Counted from the stretch's first letter, positions 1 through 14,199 are shown. The stretch is 64,000 nucleotides of DNA from Octopus vulgaris (GCA_951406725.2 OX597815.1:123318001-123382000); one strand, 5' to 3'. Made by a program: numbers and translations. The notes: a model not told the origin generated them from the letters alone.

Positions 1-1699
1 TAAATAAAATGAAATGTCAATTGATGATATCTGTTAAAGAAAAACAAAATACATTGAAATACAATTTAAATGGCTTTTGCCTGTGATGTATCTAGAAAGT
101 AGATGAGATGAAGGAGTGACAGTCTACAGATGATGGACTGTATTTAGTGGTTACTACACAATACAGCTGACAAGAAGAGGAGAAGAAACAAGTTAGAGGA
201 GGTCTAAGTAGAAGTGACACGAGACCAGCTAGTCCCAAAGAACAGAAACCACTATAGTAGTAGTACTAGAAAAATCACAGAGAAGACACAGAACATATGT
301 AAACCCAAGTTTGGAATGTGTTGGTGACAAGCATTCTAATAGCAATCAGTCAGTTGATATTTTTTTTCTTTTAATGCAGTCTAGAATGTGTGTGTGTGTG
401 TGTGTGTGCGCGCACGTGTGCATGTGTGTGTGTGTGTGTGCAGCAGCAGCAATGCTCCTAATAAAGAAGTAGTATTCCATTGAGCTTTTGAATAGGATTA
501 GTAACTGTCAGAGAACTGAAATGGTGATGGAGGTAGTACAGTAATGGCAGTGGTGTGGTATTAGTGATGGTATGGTATGGTATAAGTATGGTGTAAGAAT
601 GGTGGAGATGTGGTACCATCAATAGAGTGCCAAACAAAATACCATACAACACATCAGTATATTGATATAAACTACCTTTAGTTTCTTTCAGATGTTTTGC
701 AGCTTACTACTTGGGAAGAGGTTATTAACCACTTTCTCAACCTTCCTTTATCTGTCCTTTTACTTGTTTCAGTCATTAAACTGTGGCCATGCTGGGACAT
801 CACTTTGAATAATCTTTAGTTGAATGAATTCACCTCAGAACATTTTTAAAAAATTAAGTCTGGCACTTATTCCATTGATGTCAATAGCTGAACTGCTAGA
901 TTATGGATTCTGTGTTTGTGGGGTACAAACACGGAACATGCACATGCATGCACAAGCATACACACACACCCACACACACATTTATATATACATTTATGTA
1001 GATAAACAGATTAAAATATAACTGCTTGGGTTTGATATACAAAATATACATATATGTATACATGCAAGCAGAAAGAAAGCAAAGACTGAAGGCTTTCAGA
1101 TGATGACTATTTCAATATAAATATATAGATATATATATATTAATAGATCACACTTCCACAAAGTATAAGTGACAGAGAAAATTAAAGGGGAAGAGCTAAG
1201 GTGTTATAAGTCGAACAACTGTTTCTGGGGACTTGGATATCCATCATAATATTGGTAGATGTAATTCACCATAATATGCAGACCACAATGGAAGCAAATA
1301 AACATTGGATAAATCGAGCCTCCATGATCTGGGAAGAAAAATAATCTTACATTTCAGATCATGGTGCAGAAAAGTTTGAAGGTGGAATGTTTAAATGTAG
1401 AGAGCAAGCAGTATTCAATTTTGTTATGTAGAGATCTGAGGCCCAGTGAGGACTGATCGTCTTCATCATCATCATCATTGCTTTAACATTCACTTTTCCA
1501 TGTTTGCATGGGTCAGACAGAATTGTTAAGGCAGAATTTTTGTGGCAAGATGCCCTTCCTTTTGCCAACCTCCACTTGTTTCCAAGCAAGATAATATTTT
1601 TTCTATGGTTAGGCATGTCATTGTGGAAGACTAGAAATGAGAGGCACCATGTGTATGATAGTGATGTTCATTTATAACTACCACATGATGTCAGGACAA

Positions 1700-2420
1700 G
1701 AACACTCACAGTTATTGTCTAAGGCAAGCTCAGCTTTCAGTAGATTCCGTCAAAGACTGTTAAGAGAACATGGCATTTGCCTGACCACAAAGATAAAAAT
1801 GTACTGCGCAGTAGTGCTTACCTCTCTCCTATATGGCTGTGAAACATGAACACTCAACAAGCATTTATTAAATGGCAAGACTCATTCCATCTTTGCTGTC
1901 TTCATTGAATTTGCAACATCAAATGACAGGACAAAGTTCCCAACACAAATGTTCTTACAAGATGTGACATTCTAGAGAGCTTCCAGATCAAAGTGTAGCT
2001 GGGGTGGGTTGGTCATGTGGTACTCAAGAAAGAGTACTGGTTTACCTAATGCCCTCTTTTATGGTTAACTAAACTCTGGTGCCAGGCACCAGGGCCACCC
2101 ATTGCTCCATTACAAGGACACAATACTCCAAAGACCTGCTTGAGGATTTGCCAGATAAATCTGAAGATGTGGAAATTGGTAGTAATGAATAGAGCTCAGT
2201 AGAAAAGCTCTTGCTCCCAAGCACATTTCTGACTTTGAAGCAGCCAGGATTGGCACCCTGAAGGGGAAAAAGAGCCCAGCATAGAGCCAGGTTCAATCTA
2301 CCTCCAGGTGATGGTGACCACCAATGCAATGTCTGCAACAGGAGCTGTAAATCCTGAATGGATCTGTGTTTCCACATGACACAACATGGCAAAACACTGT
2401 GCAGCCCATTTGTTGAAGCA
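1700..2420 (+). mobile_element. RTE-clade LINE 3' fragment, degenerate
   Basis: KASSAFSRF...TKIKMYCAVVLTSLLYGCET(W) post-RT motif; C-terminal CNVC zinc-finger remnant. Confidence 0.75.
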
Positions 2421-3984
2421 ACAAGGGAGTTCAATGTAATACAATATATACATACACAAAACAGATTTCTTCAGTTGTTCTTCTTCAAATCCACTCACAA
2501 ACCTTTGGTTGACCAGGGGCTCTTGTAGAATATGTTACCCAAAGAACCATACAATGGAAGTGAACCTGAAACTATGGGGTTGGGAAATGAATGTCTTAAC
2601 CACACAGGCATGCCTACACTTTCAGACAAATGTGGTCCCCATGAGTGTTCATAGTGCATGTTTTGCCTTGTGTTTCATTGTCTTCTATGAGTGGTGTGAA
2701 ATGTAGTAACATAGTTTGTGATTCCTGTGTTTTTTTGTCTTTTTTCCCCTTGTGTGTGTGTAGCTGTAAGTTCATAGTGTTGAGAAAAATGTTTTTATTT
2801 GATGTCTCTGGTACATTTGCTTTGAAAGCAAAACAATCTATGATAGTGCTTTTCATACAAGTGGGACTGTGAGGATTGAAATGTGTGCAACCGGTTTCAG
2901 AAAATTAAGATAGCTTTAAACCTTTTAATCTTGTCCGACATCATGACAAAGAAAGAAGAATTATATGGATATAAACTCTGTTTTGTCTTCTCCTTAATAA
3001 AGATGGGTTTGATAAGATAAGTACCAGTTAAGTAATGGGGTCAAATAATCAACTCACTCCCTCCTTTAAAACTGCTGGCCTTGTGCCAAAATTAGAACTA
3101 GAAAGAATTGATAAAGGAAGTGGAGTGAGTAGCAAAAGAATTTCACAAATATTTTTGATAGGGGTCTGATGCTTGCCAGTTTGGGAGCGACATAAGAACA
3201 TGTCAGAGATTGTTTTAAAATAATCAGTCAAAAATAATAATAAAATAGTGAAAATATTGTGTCTGATATTGTTCAGTTTACAGGATAGGAATTAAAGTTA
3301 AACTAACAATTTGTAAGTATTCAATGGAACTAAATTCTATGACAGCATCCTTAAAAAGAAAACTAGCAAAAGTATTCAGCTGAATGATATTTTTTTTTAT
3401 AGTTTAACTTATATAAAATGTCAGCGACAAAAAAGGGAAATACACCAACATGAACAATTCTTACTTTCTGTTGTTCTTTATAGCTTGGTCTTCTGAATGT
3501 TATCAAATTTTAAATCCTGATGCCTGTTCTTATAGTATTGTTATGTGTGACTTCAACTATGTTCTACTCAACAACTGCTTGTTTCTTATGGCAGACAATA
3601 TATGTAAATGTAGTCCACAATGCCGCATGCAGCTTACTTATTGATAGGCTAATTAAAATATCATGTTTTAAATTACCAATCAAAAGCAGAACCAGCCTGG
3701 CTTTTCATTGGCTGAAAATTTCTCAGTTTGTGTTGTCAAAATTAACTTCAATGCTGGCAACCTGTTCAATAGTCATGCTATTCAAAGTAATAGTTTAAAA
3801 GTTATAAAATTTCAAGGTAGAGTTTATAGTTTGCATCTCTTCTTTTTATTATTTATTATCTTTTCCTTTAACATTTACCTACAAAGAATTAATTAAAAAA
3901 ATTTGAAATCAGTGAAATCATTCCCAAAAGAACATATATCAATAAAATAAATTGCAAAATAAAAACTATCTTAGGTTACTTCAA

Positions 3985-4346
3985 CAGGCATGGCTGGGTG
4001 ATTAAGAACTTCAGTCTGCAACCAAGAGGTTTCAAGTTCAGTCCAATTGCTGATTACCTTGGGCAAGTGTCTTCTACTCCAGCCTTGGGTTGACCAATGC
4101 CTTGTGAGTGAATTTGGTTGATGGAAACTGTGTAGAAGCCTGTTGTATGTGTGCACGTGCATGTGTGTGTTTGTTCCCTACCACCACTTGACAACCACTG
4201 TTGGTTTCTTAGTGGTTTGGCAAAAAGACTGATAAAGTATCAAACTTAAAATAAGTACTGAGGTCAATTTCTTTGACTAAACCCTGCAAGGCAGTGCTCC
4301 AGCATGGCTACAGTCAAAATTAACTGAAGCAAGTAAAAGACAAAAA
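3985..4346 (+). mobile_element. SINE family A copy
   Basis: Colinear with 20338-20750. Confidence 0.8.
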
Positions 4347-4589
4347 GTACACTCAAATTGGTAAAATCATTAGCGTATCAGATAAAATGTCCTGCAGTAC
4401 TTGTTCTGATTCCTGAGGCTTTGGGCTCTAATTCCACTGAGTTCAACTTCACTTTTCATCAATATAGGATCAATAAAAGAGTGACAATCATGGGTGTTGA
4501 ATTAGTAGTAATGTGTAGACTGGATGTATTGTAGTATTTGTTCAGCTTTTTGTATTCTGAGTTCAAATCCTGTCATGGTACAAATATAA

Positions 4590-5270
4590 AAATGTCATCA
4601 GGGTGCCATATGGTATTTGTTCCATTTCTTTGTGCTGTGAGTTCGAGTCATGTCATGGTCTACTTGAGTGATAGACTTGAACTGTTATCTGGTGTAACAC
4701 CACTACCTGGCACCCTGGGTGTTCTTAAGGGAGTCCAATATATTGCAAGCATTTAGGACAAGCTTCTGATTTGAGGATATCTCCCTTCCACCTGTTTTGG
4801 AGGCCCTGCAAAGGGTCATGAGTACTGCATTTTCTCGGAGCTAAAAGGTATAAAAAAATCCTCCAAAAGATTGATGCAGTACTTTACCTGAAATAGTACT
4901 TCTTATTGTTGCTTACTTAAACCCTTTGCTCCCTATGCAGCAATAAACCCTCGATGACTTTTCTCCACTGTTCTGAACTCCAGGCAGGCCTATACCCTCA
5001 GTATAAGGTAGAGGGTGCCCTGTATATTTCTTGTTTGTTTTGATTGTCCCTGATGCTTCTGCAACTGTACTTTTTCCTAGCTAGGTGTGTTCACCTTACA
5101 CAAACTTATTTCATCTTTGAAAAGAAGAATCCATATAACTCTGGCCTCTATCCTTTGACCTGTCCAGAATGGGAGACTCTACCAGGAGCTTGCACTCTGC
5201 TGACATAACTCTCAGTGTCATTGAAGCATACAAGCCATCATACCACAACAAGGACTGGGCCTTCTGGGAG
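4590..5270 (-). mobile_element. Probable 5' region of an RTE-like LINE
   Basis: Minus strand ccttgttgtggtatgatggcttgtatgcttcaatga resembles RTE 5' ends; higher GC than the flanks. Confidence 0.4.
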
Positions 5271-6069
5271 AGTTCTTATTGTGCTTAGACAATAATCTAA
5301 TTGCTGACACTAGCATTCAACAGCATATGTTAAACTTTTTAAAATAGATTTTAAAATAGATTTCCGGTGATATTTAGTGACAACTTAAATAATGGATGCA
5401 CTTGTGTACACATGTGCATAATTTTTAGGAAAGCTTCTAATTTTTTAGGAGAGATTTGTAAGAGAGATCTTAGGAGAGGAATGAATTGGAGATCTCTGTA
5501 CATTTAGGATGACCATTTCTCTTCACAAGATTGTACAGGCCTGGGTAAAATTTTTTGGAGACAAATGGTTGTTTCTTGTACATGGTAGCCTCCTTTCTCT
5601 ACACTACTATTGCAGCAGGTGAAAGTGACTACTTTAAGGCCATTACAGTATGGCACCAGTGTTGTTGCAAGCATTGTGGTCAGAATATAAAAACCATAAC
5701 AGATAACATAAGGCAGTTTTCTTCTTAATCCTCTAAAATAGTTCAACAAATCCAATGACTGGATTTTGCAAATTTTATATACCCTGAAACGATAAATGAT
5801 AAAGTTAACTTCAGTGGGATTTGCAGTCAGAGAATCAGAACAAATACTATGAAGTATTTTATCCAACACTTTAATGACTACTAACTTACTGCCAACTAAA
5901 TGGATTAATATCAACATTATTATTGATATCTATTTTATTGAGGTGAAGTGGGGAGGTGGGGGTACAAAAATCAATATCATCAATCTGGCAAAATTTAATT
6001 CAGAAAAGTGCATGGCACCTTAGGCAAGTTTCTTCATCTATAGCCCTGGGTTGATTACTGACTTGTGAA

Positions 6070-6410
6070 TGATTGCTGAGACCCCCTTCGGTCATGACTG
6101 ACCTTGGGATTGCACCTAGAAACTTACCCTCCCAGGCACAAGTCCGGGCAAGGTTGTTTATGGAAGACCAGCAGTCGCTCATGCATACTGGCCTCCCCTC
6201 TCCATGCCACCAGTGTTATCCAAGGGAAAGGAAAGGCCAATACAACTTGGCACCTGTGACATCACAACTCATTTCTATAGTTGAGAGAACTTGAGCAACA
6301 TGAAATAAAGAGTCTTGTTCAAGAATACAACATGCAGCCCGGTCTGGGATTAGAACTCACAACCTCACGATCGTAAGCTCAACACTCTAACCACTGAGCC
6401 ATACGCCTTC
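6070..6410 (-). mobile_element. tRNA-derived SINE (family C)
   Basis: Minus-strand head ggcgtatggctcagtggttagagtgttgagcttacgatcgtgaggttgtgagttctaatccc (tRNA-like A/B boxes). Confidence 0.75.
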
Positions 6411-7121
6411 ATGATTATAGTACACAGAAACTGAGAGGTGGAAGCCTGTTGTGCGTGTGTGTGTGTGTGTGCATGTGTGTGTGTGCGTGCGCGCGTGCAC
6501 ATATGTGTTTGCATTAGTATTTGCCACCCACTGCTTGACCACAGGTGTTGAATTGCTTACATCCCAATAACTTAGTTGTTTGGCATAAGGTACCAGCATA
6601 AAATAGTATCTAATACAAAAAATAAGAACTGGCCACAGTCCAATGACTGAAACAAGTAAAAGATAAAAGATACTGAAAAATAGACTAAAATTCTACATGT
6701 GTTCATGTGTGTGTGTGTACACCCACATGTGTACCTGCCTCAGTGTGTGTGTGTGCGTGTGTATATGTGTGCAAATAAACATGTGTGTATGCAGGTGTAT
6801 GTGTATGTTTTTATAAGTCAAACTGTTTTATTCATTACTCTGGAATGTAAAGCAATATATTGACATGACAAGTAGGACTCTATTTATATTTTAATGTATT
6901 TTGATTTCCTAATGAAATAATTTGCTAATGAGTTATTAGTATTGGAAGGAAATTGACTTCCTAGGCACCTATGTGAATAAACATGTTTATTTCACCCAAG
7001 TTTTTATGTAATTGATTTTGTTTTACATAGCTTGTTGAGCATATGTTGACTAAAATGGATAAATGTTTCATGTCAAAATGACTTGCCAAAAAAAGAGAAA
7101 ATAATAGTAATAATAATAATA

Positions 7122-7149
<28 letters not shown>

Positions 7150-7154
<5 letters not shown>

Positions 7155-7597
7155 TTCAGACAAAAATCATGCCTCCTCATTGATATGACTATCCCAATCG
7201 ATATAAACGTATCTGTCAAGACCTACCAAAAACTGAGCAAATATAAAAATCTTGAAATAGAAATTGTCATAGGTGTTCTGGGAATGATAGCAAAAGGGAC
7301 TGATTGCTACCTGGATCAGATACCAGGAAACCCCAAAATGACAGAAATTCAAAAGATAGTATTCATGGGAACTGTCCATATCTTACGCAAAATACTTTCT
7401 ATGTAATCTCAAGTTTTAAAACAGACATAATTTTCTTATGGTTTCTTAAACATTCTCTAGAACAACACTATGTACAAAACCAAATATATGGCACCCTAGG
7501 CATAACACCAACAAGAACTTCTAGCTTGTTGTCTCTTGAGGTCTCTGGGTGAGACTTGAAGCCAACTTGTACAAATGTAAAGCAAAAGTCAAACATA
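7150..7597 (+). mobile_element. R4/Dong-like non-LTR element 3' end (restriction-like endonuclease)
   Basis: CLLIDMTIP...KLSKYKNLEIEI...VIGVLG...GTVHILRKIL; flanked by TAA/TGA repeats. Confidence 0.8.
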
Positions 7598-7723
<126 letters not shown>

Positions 7724-7724
7724 A

Positions 7725-8290
7725 GTATCCCAACTTATGGGTAGTAAGAGCTCTGCAGTCTTGGTTGACAATCTTATTAGAGATGGTGTCTTGATAAAAA
7801 TACCCGTTGGTAGCTAACCTTAAAACACAAACTTCAATGTTGAGTGAAAATGCCTAATATAAATGTATCAAATAATGGTATTAAAAAGGCTGGAATCAAA
7901 GATGAAAGCCTTTTGCTAGGCAGGTGTCCTGTGGTTGATCAGTGCAGGCCTGTTTGTCATCCAGCGACTGCTTATACACAAAGTCAGAAGCAGAGAAGAA
8001 GCTGGGATAAGGAAGCTGTAATTGAATGCTGGGTCAGAAGTGAACCCAGTAGAAGCAGATTCTGACAATGCATGACGTCATAAGGAATATAAAGGAAATT
8101 GGAATAGCGAGCCTAGTAGAACTGTTACGAAATGTTTGCCTCCTTGTCATGGCCAGAATAATCTGGAAAGTATTAGGTAATTGAAAAGAACAGATAGCAT
8201 GGTACCATAGGCTGCAGGCAGCAAGTCCACCATGCATGCAAGACTCCAGGAGTTTCAACAAAACCTGTGATAAAAAGAAATAACAATGAT
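7725..8290 (+). mobile_element. R4/Dong-like element, internally deleted (N-terminal plus C-terminal remnants)
   Basis: VIECWVRSEP N-terminal-like piece; GIASLVELLRNVCLLVMARIIWKVL* is homologous to the end of ORF 8531..8818. Confidence 0.55.
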
Positions 8291-8317
8291 GATGATGGTG
8301 ATGATAATAATAATAAT

Positions 8318-8925
8318 TGACACAGGAAGAATATAAGAGGTGGAGGCATCACCAAGTTGTAAAAGTTTTACACTGGAAACTGTGCTAGAAATGGGGATTT
8401 GAAGCTGTAAACACATGGTACAAACACCAAGTCGAAAAAGTACTGGAGTTGGAGAAATGTGAGATTTTGTGGGACTTTCCTATTCAAATGGACAAGAAGT
8501 TAGAAAACAATAGGCCAGACATAACAATTATTGATAAGTTACTTATTTATCAACCCATCATGCCTGTTTGATTCCAGGATTGTAAAGAAAGAGGACAAAA
8601 AGTTAGAAAAATACAATCCCTTAAAATTTGAAGTAGGAAGAATTTGGAGCATAAGAACAGTAAAGGTCATGCCTGTAATAATTGGCACATTGAGAACACT
8701 AAGCAAAGATATAGACAAATGGCTGAAGGAGATTGAAACAGAATGTCCTGTAGAGCTCCTGCAGAAAGTTTGTCTCTTTGGGACAGCAAGGATTATCAGG
8801 AGGGTTCTAAACACTTGAAAGACTACTGAAAACTTGTGTAACCCTAAGGTTACAGGTAGTAACTTGCTACCCACATAAATCCTACCAGGAATAAGACTGA
8901 ACCTGAGCCAAACCAAAATAATAAT
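8318..8925 (+). mobile_element. R4/Dong-like element 3' end
   Basis: WYKHQ...ILWDFPIQMDKKLENNRPDITIIDK...KLEKYNPL...PVIIGTL (RPD...K REL domain); TAA repeats at both ends. Confidence 0.82.
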
Positions 8926-9640
8926 CACTGATGTCATTCAGAACTCAGAGCAACTAGCTGCTTTGCTGCCTACTAGCAAAAACTGAAGACACAAAAGACC
9001 CAAAGGACTACCAAACAATAACATGCCCCAACACCACTTACAAGATCCTCACATTTGTAATAACTGAGTGTACATTTTCCTTGAACAGAACTCTATCTTT
9101 CCACAAGTTCAAAAAGGTTGTAAAAGAAATTCTTATGCATGCAAAACCCAATTACTCATAAATAAAACAATTGAAGAGAATTGCCAGAGCAAAAACAAGA
9201 ACCTGAGTATAGTATGGATAGACTACAGGAAAGCGTTTGACAGTGTCCCACACAAATGGATACTCAAGGCCCTTGAGATATACAAGATCTCTCCTGTTGT
9301 CTTCCGATTCTTACAAAATAGCATGACCAAGTGGAACATAGGTCTCTTTCTAAACCACAGTAATGCAATGAGCCAATCCAACAGCATCAACATCAAACAA
9401 GACATCTTTCAAGCTGATTCCCTCTGTCCATTACTTTTTTTGCATGGCACTGATCCCACTCTCAAACAAATTGCATAATGCCAGATACGGATACAAAATT
9501 TTAAACAGTATAATAAACCATCTTTTTTACACAAATGACCTGAAGCTGTTTGCTAGGAATGTTGGGCAGCTAACAATTGTTAAAGAGTCTAGCAATGACA
9601 TTGGAGTGGATTTTGTGAGAGGCAAACTCAGACAAGTAGC
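8926..9640 (+). mobile_element. R4/Dong-like reverse transcriptase fragment
   Basis: QKGC...QLLINK, WIDYRKAFDSVPH, IFQADSLCPLLF, HLFYTNDLKLF. Confidence 0.85.
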
Positions 9641-11256
9641 TTTTTCCTGTACCAAACCAAACCAAACCAAGCTTAACTTTACAGTTTAAACAAAATTGAG
9701 TTCAGAGAAATAACTCAAAAGAGCCAATATGTATTTGAATGGCATAAATAAATACAGGTATATCAAATACCATACAACATAAGTTCTTGATTTAATTAAT
9801 TAATTAAATTCCTGATAAAATTGTCTCTGCCACTAGAGAATGTATCATAATTGCCAAAAAAATGGACTTACTTCTTCATGTGCCAAGATGCAAGCCTACT
9901 AACTAGTTTAAGTTAATTTTTGCTCTTAGTACTGTCTCATGTTTATTTAGTGTTGTGCCAACCTCCTAGACCACGAAACTATCTGATACCATTACAACGA
10001 CAATCACATACATCCCTAACTTACCATTTGAATCCAGGAAAAATGTCTTTACCTTGTAAATAAAACCTTCTTAAAACAAAACACACAGGCCAACTAAAAT
10101 ATGCTTACATTCAATAATCATTGATGATGGATGCGAGTGTATATATCCTGGAAATCTTCACCCCACTGGTAGCTACAATAGCTATGTTTAGTGACCTGAG
10201 GTTATTGAGGAAAAAAATTAAATGTAAATAAGAAAATTTCTTTCTGTGTATGTGACCAATATTTGAATATATTTTATACCACTATTATAGTCTTTAACAT
10301 CTGAGATGTACATATTGGTATACCTTATGCAAGGACATTGTATTTTCTTTGCATAATTGATCAACATATGACATGTTGAGTAAAACAAAATTTAAAAAGA
10401 AAAATGAAAAAAGAACATATTTTTCATTTTGTTCATTCATTGAAAAAAAATATATTTGGATTGATTTCCATACAGCAGACAATCAACCAAACAAACATGA
10501 TGAAAACAGTGGCACCTAGGGGGTTTTGTAGTTGTTGTTAATACTAGTGAATAATAGAGGTAATGCATTAGAGACTTAACATATAAAATAAAATTGCTTA
10601 GAATTTTTTTAACAAGTATGAAGCTGTTTTTTAATCATGGAAAACATATGTCACCCTTAAATTAATATTCAAGGATAAAAATGCTGGAAGAACATATACG
10701 ATATATTAACACCCTGTTCATTGTGTTATTACTGTTTTTACAGTTGCCTGTTATATTGCTGCACATGCATATAACATGCACCCAATTTCTTTTAACAAGA
10801 GGTTATTGTATTTTATGTTTACTTACTTGGCTTTCAATTTTTATGGCTTGCAAATAACATGTAAGTTATTGGAAATTTTGTTAGCCTGCAATTAAGAAAG
10901 TAACTGAATATTTATTTCCTATTAACAAAGCAAGCAAATTGTTATTAAATTAAAATATAAAACAAAAAAAATTTAAGATTGAAATTAAAATGAAACTCTA
11001 GTAATTGTCTGGATTGATATCTGTTATCTTTATCTTTTACTTGTTTCAGTCATTGGACTATGGCTACGCTGGGGCACTGCCTTGAAGGGATAGTCAAACT
11101 AATTGATCCCAGTACTTATTTTTTTAGTATGATACTTATTTTATCAGTCTCTTTTGTCAAACTACAAGGAGACATGGATGTAAACAAACCAACACTGGTT
11201 CTCAGATAGTGGTGGTGGTAGTGGTGGTGTGTGGGGGACAAACACAAACATATACA

Positions 11257-12152
11257 TATATGGTCTAATCAATAAGTATATGGATTGTTGTTGCCATAGT
11301 AACGAAGCTGAAGTACCCACAGTAAAGCCACTTGGCACAGATTGACCTTAAACACTGTTGGGCAAGTTTTAACTTTCTTGCTCTCTTCCACTGTTTTACA
11401 GTAGTGCTTGGAAGGAAGGTGTGTAGCATGTGATTATTGCACTGACCATGATAGAGAAAGTTAAGCAGAGAATTTGCATTGAATTTTGCCAAAGGCTTGG
11501 CCTACACAAAGTTTTCAAAAAGTTTTCATTGTTCTCGACACAATCAAGGAGATCTTGTTCAACTGAAACCTGAGTGTCTTTTTGGCCAGCTGAAAGCAGT
11601 TTTGGCCAGCTGAAAGCAGTTTTGGCACAAACTTGGTAGACATGCATCTCATACTCAAATCTTTAGTGATAATGGACTGAACTGAACTGTAGCTAATCTG
11701 CACATCCTCTGATAACTCATGGATGGTAATTTGATGATTCCCCTCACAGCTGCATGCACATCTGCAATGTTTTTCTCAGTTCTGCTGGTTATGGGTCTCC
11801 CAGAATGTTCATCAATATTGACAGTTTTTCGGCCATCTTGGAAATGTCTGAACCACTCATACGCTTGTGTGTGACTAATACACTCCTCTCTATACACTTT
11901 CTGCAACTTTGTGTAGGCCTCTAAGCAGGTATCGCTATGACAACTTTCTCTGTCATGGTCAATGTGACAATCACATGCTACACACCTTCCTTCCAAGCAC
12001 TACTGTAAACAGTGGAAGTGAGCTAGAATGTTAAAACTTAATGCACATGCACAGCAGTGTTCAAGGTCAATCTGTACCAAGTGGCTTCACTCTGCATGCT
12101 TTAGCTTTGTTACTATAGCAACAATCAGGATACTCATTGATCAGACCTTGTA
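11257..12152 (-). mobile_element. mariner-family deletion derivative with long inverted arms
   Basis: Ends ggtctaatcaataagtat / atactcattgatcagaccttgta; N-terminal transposase HTH remnant (YEWFRHFQDGRKTVNIDEHSGRP, MSTKFVPKLLS). Confidence 0.88.
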
Positions 12153-12489
12153 CATATATAACTATATATATTATTTTGAAACAATTTTTTTTTAGCCACT
12201 CCAATTATTCTCTCCATCACTTGCTATCTCTACAGCCACCTCAATTCTTCTCAATATTACTTGCTATCTCTGCTATTTCTAAACATCTCCTCTCACATTC
12301 TTATGGAACATTCCCTCTATCCCCTCTGGTTTACTTATACTACCCCCCACTGCATGCCTCCCCTCTCTCTCACACACACACTCTAACTGTCTATCTCTCA
12401 TTCACCTCTCCTTCCTTGTTCTACTGCAGTAGCCAAGTATCTCCTCAATAGTAAGAGGGCTACCTCTATCATACTCTAATCTCTTGGTT

Positions 12490-12900
12490 CCATCTCTCTC
12501 AGCTTGTATGTCTTGTAAGTTCATGGGTGCTGGTGCCATATAAAAAACACCTGTTTTGTGTCACATCAAAACCACCTGTGCTGTGTCATGTAAAAGACAC
12601 CTGTCCTGGTACCATGCATAAAACACCTATACTGGTGCCACATAAAAAGCACCTGTGACAGTGCCATGTAAAAAACACCTGTGTTGGTGTTACATAAAAA
12701 GCTTGCATGCCAGTGCCACATAAAAAGCACCTGTGCTGATGCTACATATAAAGCGTTGGTGTTGGTGCCATGTAAAAAGCACCCAGTATACTCTGTAAAA
12801 TGGTTGATATTAGGAAGAGCATCCAGCCACAGAAACCAAACCAAAACAGATAACTGAAGCCTGGTGCAACTCTCTGGTTGCCCAGCTCCTGTCAAACCAT
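12490..12900 (+). repeat. RTE 3'-UTR-derived repeat containing a ~26-bp tandem array (tggtgccatgtaaaaagcacctgtgc-like) x~10
   Basis: Degenerate tandem units at 12530-12785, followed by the family's conserved tail segment. Confidence 0.75.
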
Positions 12901-14199
12901 TTCAGTTTCCATCTACCAAATCCACTCACAAGGCTTTGGTTGACCAAGAGCTATAGTAGAAGACACTTGCTTAAGTTGCCAACATGGTCAGGAAGTAAGG
13001 TTCTTAACCACAACCACACCTGCACTTAAAGCCATAACTGTGCCTGGGGAAAATCTAGAGATTCCAGTAAAGAACAATTTCTTATCAATTTTATGCATGT
13101 TTCCAAAGCATGTGCTGTTAATTCTTATCACATTTTCTACATCCAGTCCTTCTTACAGTTCATCTGGAATTCCCTCTTAGTAAATGTTTTTTTTCTGCAA
13201 CCATCAACTTGCAACTAATCAGGAACTTCAACTGCATTGCTTTCACTATCCAGTCTATCAAAACCCTGAACACAGTTCCTTCATCTTAACCACAGGTTGG
13301 TAAACTTAAATCATTGATCCCTTCATGGAATCAGTTATTTTACTTACTGACACCCTTCATTTCTGAAATAAAATTAAAAAGTATAATTAATAAAAAATGT
13401 CTTAATTTAAAATACAGTAATTTCTTAATTCTTTTGTCATTACAATATTTTAATAAGAAATATTTCAAGAAATTTAATGAAAAAACTTAACAAAATTGAT
13501 AAAGAACAATAAAAATATAGTCATATTATATTGATGCAGCTAGAATATTTAAAGTGAAATATGTTATTGCTTCTGTATTAGATTCTGCATCAATATTTGG
13601 CTGAGTTTTATCCATGAATTGTCATGCTCTTCTAGATTCAATTAGCTAATAATTCAGTACCCTTAATACTCAAAATCATTTCAGGTGTTTATCAACACCC
13701 TTAGATAGCCACAAAGACTACCATGGGTTAATATTGATCAATTTACTGATCCCTGATCTAAACCAGCCAATAATTTTTTTTAAATAGATTATATATCAAA
13801 ATATTTTAAAAGTTCTATGAAATATTTTTGAAGGTAACAGCTCCCAAATTATTTTTCCCATGTTGAACATTGCAAAGCTTATTTTCAGCTTTCCCTCTAT
13901 TTCTAACTAACTTCATTTGTTTTTTTATTTTCAGTATTTTTTGTGTGTCTTTAAAAAAAAACACAAGAAGGGCAGTGATCCTGACTTCCTATGAGGACCC
14001 CCTGACTGATCGTAGGGAGGAAGGAAGGTATCCCCCAACTGGAACTTAACATTATAAGGAGAGCTCATTACTAACCACAGTTAACATAAACTTTGAGATA
14101 TTCAAATGTAATTGATATTCAGATGGATTCAATGTTGCTGAGGATGTATTTCAGATATTACCCAGATGTTTGTGTTTTGGTAAATATTATTAATTTGAA

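Noticed and set aside
3560-3720. Promoter with CCAAT boxes
   Set aside because: Short motifs expected by chance; no linked first exon or CpG enrichment.
6340-6410. tRNA gene
   Set aside because: tRNA-like A/B boxes run straight into a SINE body with no acceptor stem; the same holds for 19852 and 20338.
12530-12785. CRISPR-like array of ~26-bp repeats
   Set aside because: Units are contiguous and degenerate with no unique spacers, there are no cas genes, and the motif is part of an RTE 3' UTR in a eukaryote.
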